This document shows, piece by piece, positions 24,270-37,707 of a stretch of 64,000 nucleotides of DNA; position 1 is the stretch's first letter; each line of letters starts with the position of its first letter. Below the pieces are notes generated by a model that searched no databases, was not told the origin of the DNA, and saw nothing but the letters and a program-made list of their open reading frames with translations. The stretch spans positions 62,000,001 through 62,064,000 of the forward strand of contig NC_092344.1 in the NCBI RefSeq assembly GCF_963676685.1, read 5' to 3'. Position numbers and translations under genes: made by a program. Origin of the DNA: Mytilus edulis (taxonomy: Eukaryota).

Positions 24270-27200
24270 ACTATACAACTTCTCTTAAACATTACAAGGA
24301 AACTTTAAATATCTTGACCTTTACTTTGACTAATACCTGAAAGAAACAAAGACCAATAAAAACCTATTGCCACCAAGTGATAAACATTACAGAGCAACCT
24401 GTGTAAACTGAATAATGTGAGCACCAATATTTTGTCAAATTCTAACAGATGTTAACTGAAACAGTTTTAGGCTAAAGAGATCTGCATTAATAGCTGATGA
24501 CCAGTATCTTGTGCCAATTAACCAAGATACATTACAAAATTGTTATGCAGTGTCCAACTATAAACTATACAAATCCTTGGAATAAACTAACAAATGACTG
24601 CCACTATAAACTTTATACATTGTTTTTTTTTATATAAAATAACAGAATTTTTGTATTGTGATGTGACATGTGTGTTAAGACTATTGTTAGAATTTGCCCA
24701 AAACATTTTTTAAGAAATTCTTTCTGTGCATTTCCAAACTGTCATTATGCGCATTAATTAAGAACAGTTTGTTATTTCTTTATTTATTTTTAGTAGTTGT
24801 GTTATACATGTATTGACATGGTCTAAAAAAAATCATCTCCTTCATTTATTCATTATGAATAGGAAATTGTATGCAACAATGAATTTGGAATAACTACTGC
24901 TGTTTCTAGACAAGTCTAAAGTATTAAAACTGGTGAAAGTTTAAATGTCAATTATATATATACCATGATATTTAACAGAGCATTTAATATTTCTTGTGTT
25001 TTGAGTTTTGGGTTTTGTCAATGGTCACATATTGGACATAGCATATTTACATTAATTATACTGTTCACACATAAATTTGTAAGTTGTACATGTAGGTGGA
25101 ATAATTTAAGTGCCTACCTTGCAAATACCTATTTTTAAGTTGTGCTTATCTTATTTAAAAATAAATAAATACACATGTGCTTACATAAAGTGTTTCAGTA
25201 TTTATTCGAGTGTTGTTTATAGACTACTCACTATAGTGGTAAAAAAAAGTCTGTTTGTAGATATAAAAAGATGTGGTATGAGTGCCAATGATACAACTAT
25301 CCCTTCATTTTTTTTTATAATAAGCCATCACAAAAAGCTATGAGTAAGTTATATGACTATGATTAAGGCCACAACGGGACCCAACAATTACTTGCGTAGA
25401 ATTATTCAACATAGAAGTCGCATTATTGCCATCGGTACTGTCATGACCGTCCAATATCTCCGTTTTTTAATTTTTCTGGAACAATTTTCCGTGAAACTCA
25501 TTTGAAAACCCTCTGTTCATCATTCAATACTACCGTTTGTTGCGTAACAATAAATATTTTTCTACCTGCGCAACGATTACTAACGTTTTAAAGCATATTC
25601 ACGATATCCGTTGTGTATTTATCCCGTTTGTTTATCTGCAATGACCTTTCGACCTTAGTGGGTGATCTCCCTTGAATTTTTTCGCACCTGCGCATTACAG
25701 AACTCCGAACTCGCTTATTGACCATTTTGTAACGATTTAACAAAAGTATATAACTTTGTGGTGTTGGGAAACTTATTTCCCTCATCAAGAGATTGTTGCA
25801 TACATGTACGGGTGATCTATTTCTAGACACATTGGTTTAATAAAGGCAGTTACAAATTCTGTACGGGAATGAGGATTATTTATAAGACTGAAATTATTGT
25901 ATTATTTGCTGGAAGTGTGGAATATGAGGAATTTAAAGCCATCCGTGAGTAGTTTTGATGATTCAGCTGGAAATTATACAGTTTGCTCCCACCTCAAAAC
26001 AGTACATGGTATATCATGGACACCAAAGGCAAAGAAAGATCTAAATGCCATAATTTTGGGCATCTTGAAAACTGGAAAGGCGGATCACTTTGAAGCAGAT
26101 GATAGTTATAGTGTATAAAAGAATTCTTTGCGACAGTTATACCAGCTAGAACAGGTAATAGTTTAAATTATGGAAGTTTGAAATTACTTCTGGAATAAAT
26201 TGATACAAAAAGGTATCAATCAAAGCTGGGACTACATTTTTGTATTATACTAGTATAAAAAAAGTCCCAGATCAAAGCATTCAGAAGATTAAAATGAATT
26301 TTACTAAACATACTTTTCAAAATGTCTTTATTAAATTGAATTAAAATCAAATTATTGTGTGAATTTTCTAGACACATTGTTGTTTGATGCTGCTTTATTT
26401 TGAAAACTAGAATTCATTTACCAATTACATTTTTTTTCCCAACTGACAATCATGAGGGCCTGTTTAATAATCTCAATAAATCCCCCCTTTCCCCCATATT
26501 TTTAGTTACAATGTGAAATTATTATCTGCAAATTTATGATCTGTGCTGAATGCAATTTAATACAATTTTATTCATCATGTTCAAACAATATTCATTTGTT
26601 ATTTGAATAGGATAATAATATAGAATAAAAAAAAACCAAAAAAACTATCAGACTCAAAAGTTACAAAAAAAGAAGATGTGGTATGATCATGATGATTGCC
26701 AATGAGAAAATCACATGTACAACTACATGTATCCTCCATATACACAACAGACCATGTCACCTTATTTATTATGTTTATCATGTTTATCATTAATATGTAC
26801 ATGTACATAATGAGTGTCAATGATACAACTCTCCATCCAAGTCACAATTTATAAAAGAAAAGACAATCCTACAGTTATCAGGATAGTCATATACATGTAT
26901 GTTTATGTCAGATATATATACATGTAAACAGTAAGCTTAATTTGTTAAAAAGCAGGAGCAAATTGTTGCTTTTTAAATTATGAGAGTCAAATTTAAATTT
27001 TCTGTAATTTTGATTGCTACATATACAATGTACCTATATTTTACATGACCTTATGACATATGAAAGACACACATATTGTAAAGTGGTTATTGCATATATA
27101 TTTATTTAAAAAAATAAAACTTGTATATCAAATCTTAAGATAATTAGATTCTTAATCCACTATTTAGATGGGATCTTTTGGGATGGCAATACCTTTGTTT

Positions 27201-28727
27201 CATAAATTTGTTGTTTATTGTCCTTCATCATGTTCATGTCCTTAGAAACTAAATTTAGACATGATATACATGATACAAGGATTCCAAACTTTTAACATTT
27301 AGTACAAAACTGAAAAAAAAATAAAAAAATACATGCAGCTCATTTTGAGATCTTGTCATTAGTATTTAGATACATCATTGTACTTTTGTACATGTACATG
27401 TATGATCATGGTGAGCATATAAGGTTAATTTGACTCAAATATATCAAGTAAACTTGTAAAGTAATAAGTAAATCACAATTTACCCATCTGCTCTAAAGTG
27501 TTCATTTAGATCATTTTGTACATTAACCTGTCCATTTAAAAATAGAATTAATCATCCAAAAAAGTCTTGTAACTTTGAAAGGTTGAATAAGTTTTCTATG
27601 TTTTAATGTAGTAAGATGCTAACAGATCATTATATGTTTTCCACCGGTTCTTTCAATTCAAAGAATAATTGATCACCTTATAATCTGTTATTTCTTCAAA
27701 CAGATAAAAGATACATCAGATGACATACTTACATGTAGAGGAGCCTTTAATTAGAGAAATGGATCAACTTGATTTTGAAGTTAACCTACTGCATTTATAT
27801 GAAAATTCAAAAGTGAGTACCAGTATCTCTTAAAGTACATTGTTTACATTTTTATCTTTATTTAGATAAAGTACCATATAAGATAAAGTATGTGGAATCT
27901 TAAATCCAGTATATATACCAGACATTACATCAGTACATACATTATGCAAATCAGAATAAGAAGGCATAACAATTGAGCTGTTAAACATTATTAGATGACC
28001 AGTGTCACCTTAATTTAGGAAAAAATTAAAACACAGATAACACACAGACAAAAAATAATGACTCCAGATATGCAAGAAGGGTTTTAATCTCCCACTACAA
28101 ATGTATATACTTATATATCTTTATTCTCAATAAACCATATACATAAAGGTATAGAGAAGACAATTATGTACAATATTTACAACAAGACAGAACAAACAAA
28201 ATAGTTGCTAAGACAATATATGAAGTCCATTTTAGCCAGGAGCACATACACCTGTGTTAATAATCTTTATGAATTTACATAATTTAATCAATACTGATTT
28301 GTTTTTTGTTATCAATTATTATTTGTTTTTTGTTATTATTCATTATTTATTATTATTCATTATTTGTTATTAATTATCATCACAATTTTTCTGTATGGTT
28401 ATATTAATGACTATAATAAATTGTATTATGTGTTACTAATTCCCTTTGTCATACATATGCTGTTAGTATAAGCTCATTATCATTTTATACTGTATGGTTA
28501 TGTCGTATACATGTAATCATACATTATCCGTTTTTAAGAACTAATAACATAAAAGTTGCAAAAAAGTGTCTAAATGAAAAGGGCCTATGCAATTTTTGTA
28601 CCGTTAATGTTTAAGAAACTGTATTTAAATTATGATTTATCTTTGTTTTTATTCTAAATACTGTTCTTTTACTAAATAAAATCACCAGGACTGATTTTCT
28701 TGTTCATTTATTATCAGCATATATGTA

Positions 28728-29850
28728 GGACTCTAAAGTGCGATGGTACTCTAAAGTGCGATGGCCACGCTAAAGTGCGATGGTCTACGCTACAGTGCGA
28801 TGGTATATGGCACGCTAAAGTACGATGATGTAACGGGAATGGGGTTCAGGCAATGATTTTTGTTTTTTGCTGTGTTCATATTTGTTTTTCGTCTTTTGTG
28901 TTGTTTATAAATTCTCTTATAAATTGTTTTACAATAGTAATTTTGTAGTCCTATATAACTGTTTAAGGTCACAATGTTATTAGGTGCATTCATAAATGGC
29001 ATTTGGTCTTTGGTGGATATTTTTTCGTTGACAATTACACCACATCTTCTTAACTGTTTTTTGTTTGATTATTGTTTTGTAAAGTAAATCAATCCGTTAT
29101 TTGTTTCGTTTGAATTGCTTTATACTGGTCGTTTTGTTGCCTTTGGTCGTTATAGAACATTATCAATCATAGTATGCTATACTACACATCTGGTCGTTAG
29201 TTTCTGTCTTGTTGACGAGTATCCATATCTTTCACAGAAATAACGGAACCATATTTAGAAAAAATGTTTTACAAAATAATTCAATTAGAGAGTTAAAAAG
29301 TAGCTTTTATTTCACGCAAGAACATGAGACGAGATTAAAAACATTCTAAATTAAATTTGGAAGAATTTTAAAGTACTTTGACACTTGGTGTATTTTGTCG
29401 GGTTTTTTTTTACAGTATACACCTTACTATCGTCAGTTTCTCTGTTTATCAGAAGTTTGTTTGTCCCGTACACTAACAAAAACACGTTTATCCCCGCCTA
29501 CACAGCGAGATCAACGGTTTGCATACCTGTTACTGTTGAGGATATTTTGGGGAAATAACTCCTCTGCATACACACTCTCCTAGCACCGACCAAAACATTC
29601 TGGATTAGGATCATTTAATTTGTTTCTCTTTTCAATTAAAAAAAAATCCTTCATCTGCACAAACATTCTTTTTACCGGCATGTCGATTTCTATTTGTACT
29701 GAAACGTCTTGAAACGTCATAATGATACTTGACGTTAAACGTCCATAATTTCGCGAACATCCACACTTTAGCGTATCAAACTATCGCACTTTAGCGTAGG
29801 CCATCGTACTTTAGCGTGACCATCGCGTTTTAGCGTCCTCATCGCACTTT
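28728..29850. mobile_element. Foldback-like element with inverted arrays of ~20-bp subterminal repeats
   Basis: (ACGCTAAAGTGCGATGG)-like units about x5 at 28728-28827, and reverse-complement (CATCGCACTTTAGCGT)-like units at 29763-29850. Confidence 0.65.
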
Positions 29851-31659
29851 ATATATATTAAACACCAAATTTCACGTATATTGATTGATAGTTAGAGAAT
29901 ATACATTCATATCGAATAAACAAAATTAAAAGAAAAAAAATCAAAATCAATTGCCCCCCAACTAGTAAAATGTTTTATTTTCTGTACATATTATTTCAAA
30001 GTTGATGTGTGGAATAAGAGTAAAATAAATATATAGAACACCATCATGATCTAATTGACCGTTCAAAATATCTGTAAAAGAGATGATAACAGAGAGGTTT
30101 TCTGTCTTTATTGTCATTAACATAATTTTCATTCTTTTCATCGAGTAATTTCCGACATATAATTGCAAGAAGCAAAATGATTGCAGACATTAGTAGAACC
30201 GGATCATCGTACCCCTTCCAAATCAACCCCTTCTTGACAGGGTTCGTGTTGTTGTTCAGCATAAAATTACTAGTGACTGTCATACAAGTGAGAGGTTTAG
30301 CTAGCTATACAACCAAGTTTTATTCACGATTTTCAATATAAGAAAATACATTTACCAAGTCAGGAATGTAACAGCTATTGTCCATACGTTGTGTGTGTAA
30401 GCGTTTGTTTGCTATTTGATTGCGGACTTTCCGTTTTGAATTTTCCTTGGAGTAGATAGTGGTTTGTTTGGGCTATCATGTCCTTTTTTCTTCAAATTGT
30501 GTTCTTTTATACTAATAGCTGTTTACTCTTTTAAAACTTTTCCCCCCTGTGAAATAGAATTTTAAGCTGACTGAAATTTACTCTAGAAGTTTTAGTGCAA
30601 ATTTGTCGTTACATCAGGTGTTACACTAATGTTGCATACACTTACCGAATTTTTACATCTCTAAATAAAAACAATTGTATCACATGGGCTTTAATTGTTT
30701 TATTATGCAATAATCACATGATGTGTCCTTCATTTCGTTATAATAGTAAACATGGTAAATGCAATACCTATATGTGTTATCTGGAAACAACATTATGCCA
30801 CGTATTTAGTAAATGTTAAACTATATATGCGATGCACTGAAATGATATCGCATGCATATTATTTTATTCAAGTTTATTTCATAATACTTTATTGGTTGGT
30901 GAATTTCAAAGCTTTTAAACGACATGTTTTCGTTTTACTTTTGATACTAAAGTTCACTATAATAGTAAGAAACGGTTTATATAATTGACATGATTCATCA
31001 TAAGAAAAAGTTCCAGTAGACGAAAATGAACATAAAACAATAAACATAGATGATGAAATGTTCATCACACGGTTGAATATAAGAACATCATGCTCAAGAG
31101 ATAAATTTATGTACATAGAACTTTTACCCGTTTCACGATCATCTCTTGCATTGCTACATCAGAAGTTTTTCATTGGACTCTATGCAAAATGTGTTTGATT
31201 ATCATGAAGATATGAATGATCTTTTTAAAACATAAAACATGTTCTATCTGCTTATTCTTTTTCAACACCTTTTACATCTCCCAATTTGTTTGTGGAAGGG
31301 TTCGTGTTTCTAAGTCTTTAGTGTTCTATTAAGTTATTTTGCAGACAGTATTTTGTCCTTTCTTTTTTTTTGTTCTTTGTCATGATATTGTCAGATATAA
31401 CTTCATCTAAAAAAAAATAATTAGCCGTTTCGTATCTTTTGCATTCTCTTTTATCTGGCAAGATATAAAAACAAGATTCAATCAAAAGTAGAAAATACAT
31501 AGAGCTCATAATACAATAATACAGAAAACGTATATAAGGTAAGTGTTGGTGTTATAAATTCAATAATTATAATAAGCTGTATCTAAAATAAAACTTACCA
31601 AAAAACACTTTATATCTTTAAAGTAACTATACAATGTGAGATGTATAAAAACATATCAT

Positions 31660-31800
31660 TGATACCAGGCTGATAATTTGTTACGTAAAATGCGAGTTTC
31701 GTCAACCTAAGACTTATCATTGGCACTCAATTAAAACACGAAAGGCCACATCAAACACGAATTTAAAGAGTATACCAAGCTAAACAAATTTTGCTAAGAC
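31660..31800 (-). repeat. Highly decayed fragment of the 366-bp hammerhead repeat
   Basis: GATACCAGG..TTTCGTC..AAGACTTATCATTGGCACTC aligns loosely with 45431-45500. Confidence 0.45.
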
Positions 31801-33386
31801 ATATCAAATTCGAAGGCAGGAAATGATACCCTACATGATGGGATTAAAGTGTCAATGTTATATAATGTAGTGACAAAAAGTAGCATTACAGGTTAATTGA
31901 GTTCAATTGAAAAAAAATGACATTTTTAAATATTTGTTTAAAAAAGGAAATTTCTAATTCTGTTCATTATGAACTATTATCACTGTTGCATTTGGCCGCT
32001 TGTGGAGAGTTGTCTCATTGGCAATGATACCACATCTTCTTAAGTGAACTATTTCTTTGATTAAATGTACATTTTGTAAAGATAAATAGATTTTTTTTTG
32101 TTTCATCGTCAAACTCCTTCAGTTTGAATAAACTTTTAACTGCTGAATAGTTTTAAATTTCTGTTACATGCGTAAGTCACAAAATTATCTTCATCATCAG
32201 TATAAATTTAGTTGATATTCTGCTGTATTTGTCTGAAAATAACATATATCAACAATCTATCTCGTTTTGTTAGATATTATGATACTTCTTTATGCAACTT
32301 TCTTAAACTGCTACTTTGCTCAAAGTTCTTAATCATAAAACAGGCTCGGACTTCTCTTAAACTGAGTTTTACTGTGCGTACTGTTTTGCTTTTGTTTTTC
32401 TACATTGGCTAGAGGTAAAGAGGGAGGGCTGAAATTTCCAAAAAACATGTTTAACCCCGCCGCATTTTTGCGCTTGTCCCAAGTCAGGAGCCTCTGACCT
32501 TTGTAAGTCTTGTATCATTTTTTATTTTAGTAATGTGTATAATTCAGAGTTTAGTATGACGTCCATTATCACTGAACTAGTATACATATTTGTGTAGAGG
32601 CGAGCTGAAGGACACCTCCGGGTGTGGGAGTTTCTCGCTGCATTGAAGACCCATTGGTAGCCTTCGGCTGTTGTCTACTCTATGGTCGGGTTGTTGTCTC
32701 TTTGACACATTCCCCAGTTCCATTCTCAATTTTATTAATATATTTATAATGTCTCCACAGGTAAGTGTTGGATTTAAACCAGATACAGTAAGTTTTCAAA
32801 AGTGATAAAGGAAAATTTCAGTTTAAACATCAGTCTTCTTAGTGACAATTTTGTGTGCATGTAAATGCGACAGAAAATTGGATAGACATAAATTACGAAT
32901 AATTGTTGGTAGCCTACCAAATATAATACTTGAAATAAAGGGTTTTAAATGTTTTTAAAAGGGGGATTGGATCTAAAAATATAGCAAGCACAATAAATTA
33001 TATTTAACATGTTTAATACCAGTCAAAAAAGAGGGACGAAAGATACCAAAGGGACAGTCAAACTCACAAATCTAAAACAAACCGACAACGCCATGGCTAA
33101 AAATGAAAACGACAAACAGAAAAACAGAAAACAATAGCACACATGACACAACATAGAAAAGTAAAGAATAAACAATGTTAAATAAAACAAAAGATGCGTT
33201 ACAAATCCTCTTCGGCGTCCGTCCGTTATATATATATGCACGTAAAGTGTTTACATCTCTGATAGTTAATTTTTAAGTTTATATTTGTATACTAGTTATC
33301 ATTGAAAATCTAAGATGTGCTTTTTGTTTTATTTAACATTGTATATATCTTTTACATTTGAATTTCACAGGCGTAAATTTGTTTAA

Positions 33387-33967
33387 GGTTCATCATACCC
33401 TTTTGGCTAATACGGCCGTATTTACACCACAAATTTTACTCTGAGTACAGACAAACCTATGCACCTGCAAAAGTTTTAAGGGATGGCAGGAACTAGATAT
33501 ATAAATTTTAAATTTATTTTATGGTTTAGAAAATTATAAACTTTACTAGATTTTAGTATTCAGTTGTTTTCGTTCCTGCAGACGGTGCCAAAATGATCTA
33601 AGTTTGGAAAGAGGTTTGAGAATCTCCCCTCATATACTTAATGTTGTGAGTAGTATTGATTTAAATGGACAATAGGTGGACAATATACATCTGCAGACAA
33701 TATGTGATTTAAGCTGTGTAACTGAGTGGATCGTATCAAATTATACTCGGGTGTTTGTTTATTTTGCTATCTTCTGCAGACTGGTAAAAACTGGCCATCT
33801 AAATCCAGGTATGTTTTTAATTTTCTGAAACGTATACTACATATAACTTTTATATATCTAGTTCCTGTCATGCCTTAAAACTTTCCTAGATGTACCAGTT
33901 TGTCTGTACTCATAGTAAATTTTGAGGTATAAACACGGCCATATTTTTCAATTTCTTATGATGACCC
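33387..33967. mobile_element. MITE with ~150-bp imperfect TIRs and TTAA TSD (Kolobok-like)
   Basis: TTAA|GGTTCATCATA ... TATGATGACCC|TTAA. Inverted blocks GAGTACAGACAAAC/GTTTGTCTGTACTC and CAGGAACTAGATATATA/TATATATCTAGTTCCTG. Confidence 0.8.
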
Positions 33968-34294
33968 TTAAGAATAGTACGTGTGCACAGTTGTCATAGT
34001 GTTTATGGTACATCTAGGGCATTTTAGTGTGATGATTAAGATATAAACATTGTAAACAAATTCTCCCTTATCGTAGTTATCGTAATAAGTCGAGTAATTT
34101 TTTTCAAAAGTCAGTACTTGTTAAGTTGTTCAAATTAAGAAAGCTTAGTCATGTTAGTATGGACGTACCTTTATATCTGTAAGAAGACTAACAAAGATGG
34201 TATTTCTTTCAGTTGTACAAGAGCTTATCATTATAGCAAACAACGTAAAAGGCCAATTAACATATATTATTGTATACATTTTCTGTTATCAATA

Positions 34295-37200
34295 TAGTGG
34301 AAGATATTAGCAAGCAAAATCGAGGGAATTGTGCAAATGATGATACAAGCATGAAAATTACCATAAAGCATCATTATTATATACTTTTTAAGAAATAACT
34401 GCTGGCCATTAAAAAAAAAATAATTTCAAGATGGCCACGGTCATTTTCTGAAATGGCTGTTTTCTTTAGTTTGATAATACTGATTTTTCTGGAAAACTTT
34501 TCTTTGAACTTCTTTTAGTAAAAACCAATTATCAGGTTTGGCGGCTGCCTTCCTTACATCACATACTTATTATAAAAAATGAATATTTGACATATCTAGT
34601 GTTTGCGCATGCGCGAAAATGTTACAAAATTCTTTCAAAAACATTTGAACTATTCACTATCTATTTATTGTTTTTGGATTTCTAATGATATTATGAATTG
34701 GTTTAATAACATTTTTCAAGGTTATGATACACATATGTTTAACACTTTTGCGCATGTGCGAACTATTTATAGACATAGCGATTTGTATGCACTACAAGGC
34801 AATTCTCAGGTATTCGATGGATAAGCCGAAAAAGTGGTGAATCCCGGAGAAACATCAATTGTAACAGCAGACCAGCCACTTTTGGAAATGCCTAAGCAGA
34901 TTCACTGATTTTTACGTAAAATATAAGTTTATCGTCATGTTTGGTGGATTGCACATTGAAATGACTTGTTATAAAACTCTGGGTGATATATTGCGTGATA
35001 GGTGATGGACATGTTGTCTTACTGGAGCCAATATTGCAACACCAAGAACAGCAGATTATTTTTATGTACGTTCAAATGTACCTAGGACTAGACAGACGCA
35101 TCAGACAACTGCATGTATTTTGCTAAAACTGTTAATTTCGGATTACGAAAGCTAAACTCAGAATGTATAATTATGTCATGATTCTGTGACGTTCAATGAT
35201 TTAAAAGACTGGTAAATAGAGTCATCTCGACCACAGTTTCATTCCTGGCGTTCAATTATAAATGAGAACTTTTTCTGATTTTGGTATAATGCTCATTTCA
35301 TGAGTGAGATTTCGTACTTTACAAACAGTCCATATAAAGCATGATAGCGTATTGTTTTAGGTCTTGATCGTGTAAATTATGCTCGATCGTTACCGACCCA
35401 TCTCCAAGATATGACTTCCCTTCCCGAACATTACCCACAGGTGACAATGGAATTTGAAAATGATAATGTCACTGTACGTAATTAAGACCAGCAAATTCCT
35501 TCCTTATAACACAATTGATCAGGCACAAAAACAGAATAATGAAATTGTGAACGGCGATGTTGGTGCCATAGGATTAACCGAAGTTCCAATTTAGACAAAT
35601 GGATGGTAGCTGGACCAGGAGTCAGTATACTAGAAGATGAATTTGAAAGATCTTATGGTTTGGGTCATTCTATAACAGATGAACGACCTAATGAAGACTC
35701 TACGAAAACACAAAAAGATGTCTTTAAACAGCTTTAAAGACTTTGTAAAGTGATGAACGAGTTTGGAAATTTTTTTGTAGAACAGTTGTCAGATTTGTAA
35801 AAAAAAAACCTCCATTTAGGAAAATGTTGAACAGGTTAGATATGTAAATAAACTCCAAGATATTGTTCCAAACAATACAAAGATCTTTTGAAGCAAATGC
35901 AAAACAAAGGAGAACCTGCTTCTTATAACCAAATAAAAAATATCAACTTCTTTTTTTTTGGTCGCAATATGAAACTAGAGACGTCTTTGTCAAAAACATA
36001 ACTAGAGAACCTTAAAAGTGATTGGGAAACTTTTCTAGACTTTTCATTTCTTGTCACAACAGTTTTACTTGGAATATTTCTTTATCCATAAAAACCAAAT
36101 TTCTCCTCCGTCTTTATCTCAGGATGTTTCTTGAAATAGTGGTTTAAATCGCAGCATATGGGTTTACTTGAAACATTCTGCGATTTTCTGATCCAAATTC
36201 GGACGCATTTATTGTTGGTGGGGCAGCAATGGTTAATTCACAAAAATATGACGTGATTATGCAAATAATGTCATACTGCCTTAAATAAAATCTTGCAGCG
36301 ATAAGTATTCAAGAGTAGACATTGTATTTGATGTTTACTTAATGAATAATTTAAAGGCGGGGACAAGACAAAGGCAAGGTTTTTGTGACAGATGTAAAGG
36401 TGTTTGTTCTGGTAGAACACCAAGGGTTTGGAGTAGTTTTCTCTGTGAAGATGACAACGAAATGAAACTGTTGACGATTCTTGCTGACAAAATTGCTTTT
36501 TAAGAGACTAATCAAAATGTGTATGCTACTCATGGTAAAAATGTTCTTTGCAATTTCAATAAGAATACTTCCTATCTAACCCTTGAAATAATGAAGAAGC
36601 AGATACACGAATGTTTGTCCATGTTCGGCATGATTATGAAAAGTGTTGTAAAATGTAATTTTAGGTAGTACTGACACAGACGTAATAGTATCAAGAATAA
36701 AAGTAATAGCAAAACAAGGTAGAACACATTGTGGATAGGTTTTGGAAGGAATAAAGACTTTTGGTGGCTTCCTGTACGTGACTTATCAAATGCTTTTGGT
36801 CCTTGTGTAGCTGCTCTTCCTTTCGTCCATGCATTCATTGGATGTGACACTTTGTCGAATTGTCGTGGGAAAGGGAAGAGGTCAGCTTGGCTAACAATGG
36901 AAGGTTTTTCAGATGTAAAGGACGTTTTTTGTTTGCTCAAGTATGAAGCGAGGCACGATGTGAATTGTTTTCCAGGAAGCAGCGGCATTGTGTTGCAATT
37001 CCGCCTACAAAAGGTTCTTTTCCAGAGCACATCAAAAGAGAAGTAAATCAAGGAGGAGTTGTTTTGGCTCAGCCTGATTCATGTATTCGACAGGTACATG
37101 TACCAAGTCATGAACACCAGAGTTAGATTAAAGAAAGAATCAATGACAGTTGGAAACCGAAATGGACTTCTTTGACTGCCGTTGCATCCTCGTGTCAGGA

Positions 37201-37707
37201 ACTTTTGCAATGTGGAGGCAAAAATCCAGCTGTGTTGGTAACTGTAAATGCTACCGTTCAAGCCTTTCTTGTACGGGTTCTTGAATAGACAATTGTCAGA
37301 TAATTATAAGATGAGCAACCTGTCTTTCTTACCAAATTAGGCATTTAAACTTAACAAAGAGTGTTATCACTTGTTAAGTTGATGGAAAAAATGTTGCCGG
37401 CATTTTGAAACCGGAAGTCACCTTTAGTTTCATTAATGTACTGTCTAGTCGTAATTTAGGAACTGTGATTTACTTTTTATCAAAATTAACATTGGATTTT
37501 ACATATAACACACCTTTTAAAGGATTAACGAATTATTGCCAATTTGTAATGACGCCATTTCCAAAATGTTTGGTGGCCATCTTGAAAAATAGATTTTTTT
37601 TTCTGGCCAGCAGCGGATTTTTTATAAGTATCATTTAGTCAACCTTTATACCAAATTGCATGTTTGTATCACGATTTGCACAATTATGTCCATAATATCT
37701 CCCACTA
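34295..37707 (+). mobile_element. Decayed Academ (AcademX-like) DNA transposon
   Basis: TAGTGG..CCACTA termini with ~150-bp imperfect TIRs. Broken coding remnants ADQPL, FIVMFGGLHIEM, NYAR, IDQA..QNN, RVDIVFDVY, EEADTRMFVH and ALPFVHAFIGCDT..GKGK (XPG-like), with many stops and frameshifts. Confidence 0.8.

Larger units (their letters stand above)
15978..25716. mobile_element. Full-length ISL2EU-type DNA transposon (PIF/Harbinger-related)
   Basis: Perfect 16-bp TIR AAGCGAGTTCGGAGTT (15978-15993) / AACTCCGAACTCGCTT (25701-25716), with AT on both flanks (15976-77, 25717-18). Encloses a THAP-DDE transposase and a YqaJ-nuclease gene, the gene pair characteristic of ISL2EU. Confidence 0.9.

Noticed and set aside
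28728-28830. CRISPR-like short repeats
   Set aside because: No unique spacers, no cas genes, eukaryotic context, and an inverted partner array is present.
36572-37051. 159-aa minus-strand ORF
   Set aside because: Antisense to the decayed Academ coding remnant.
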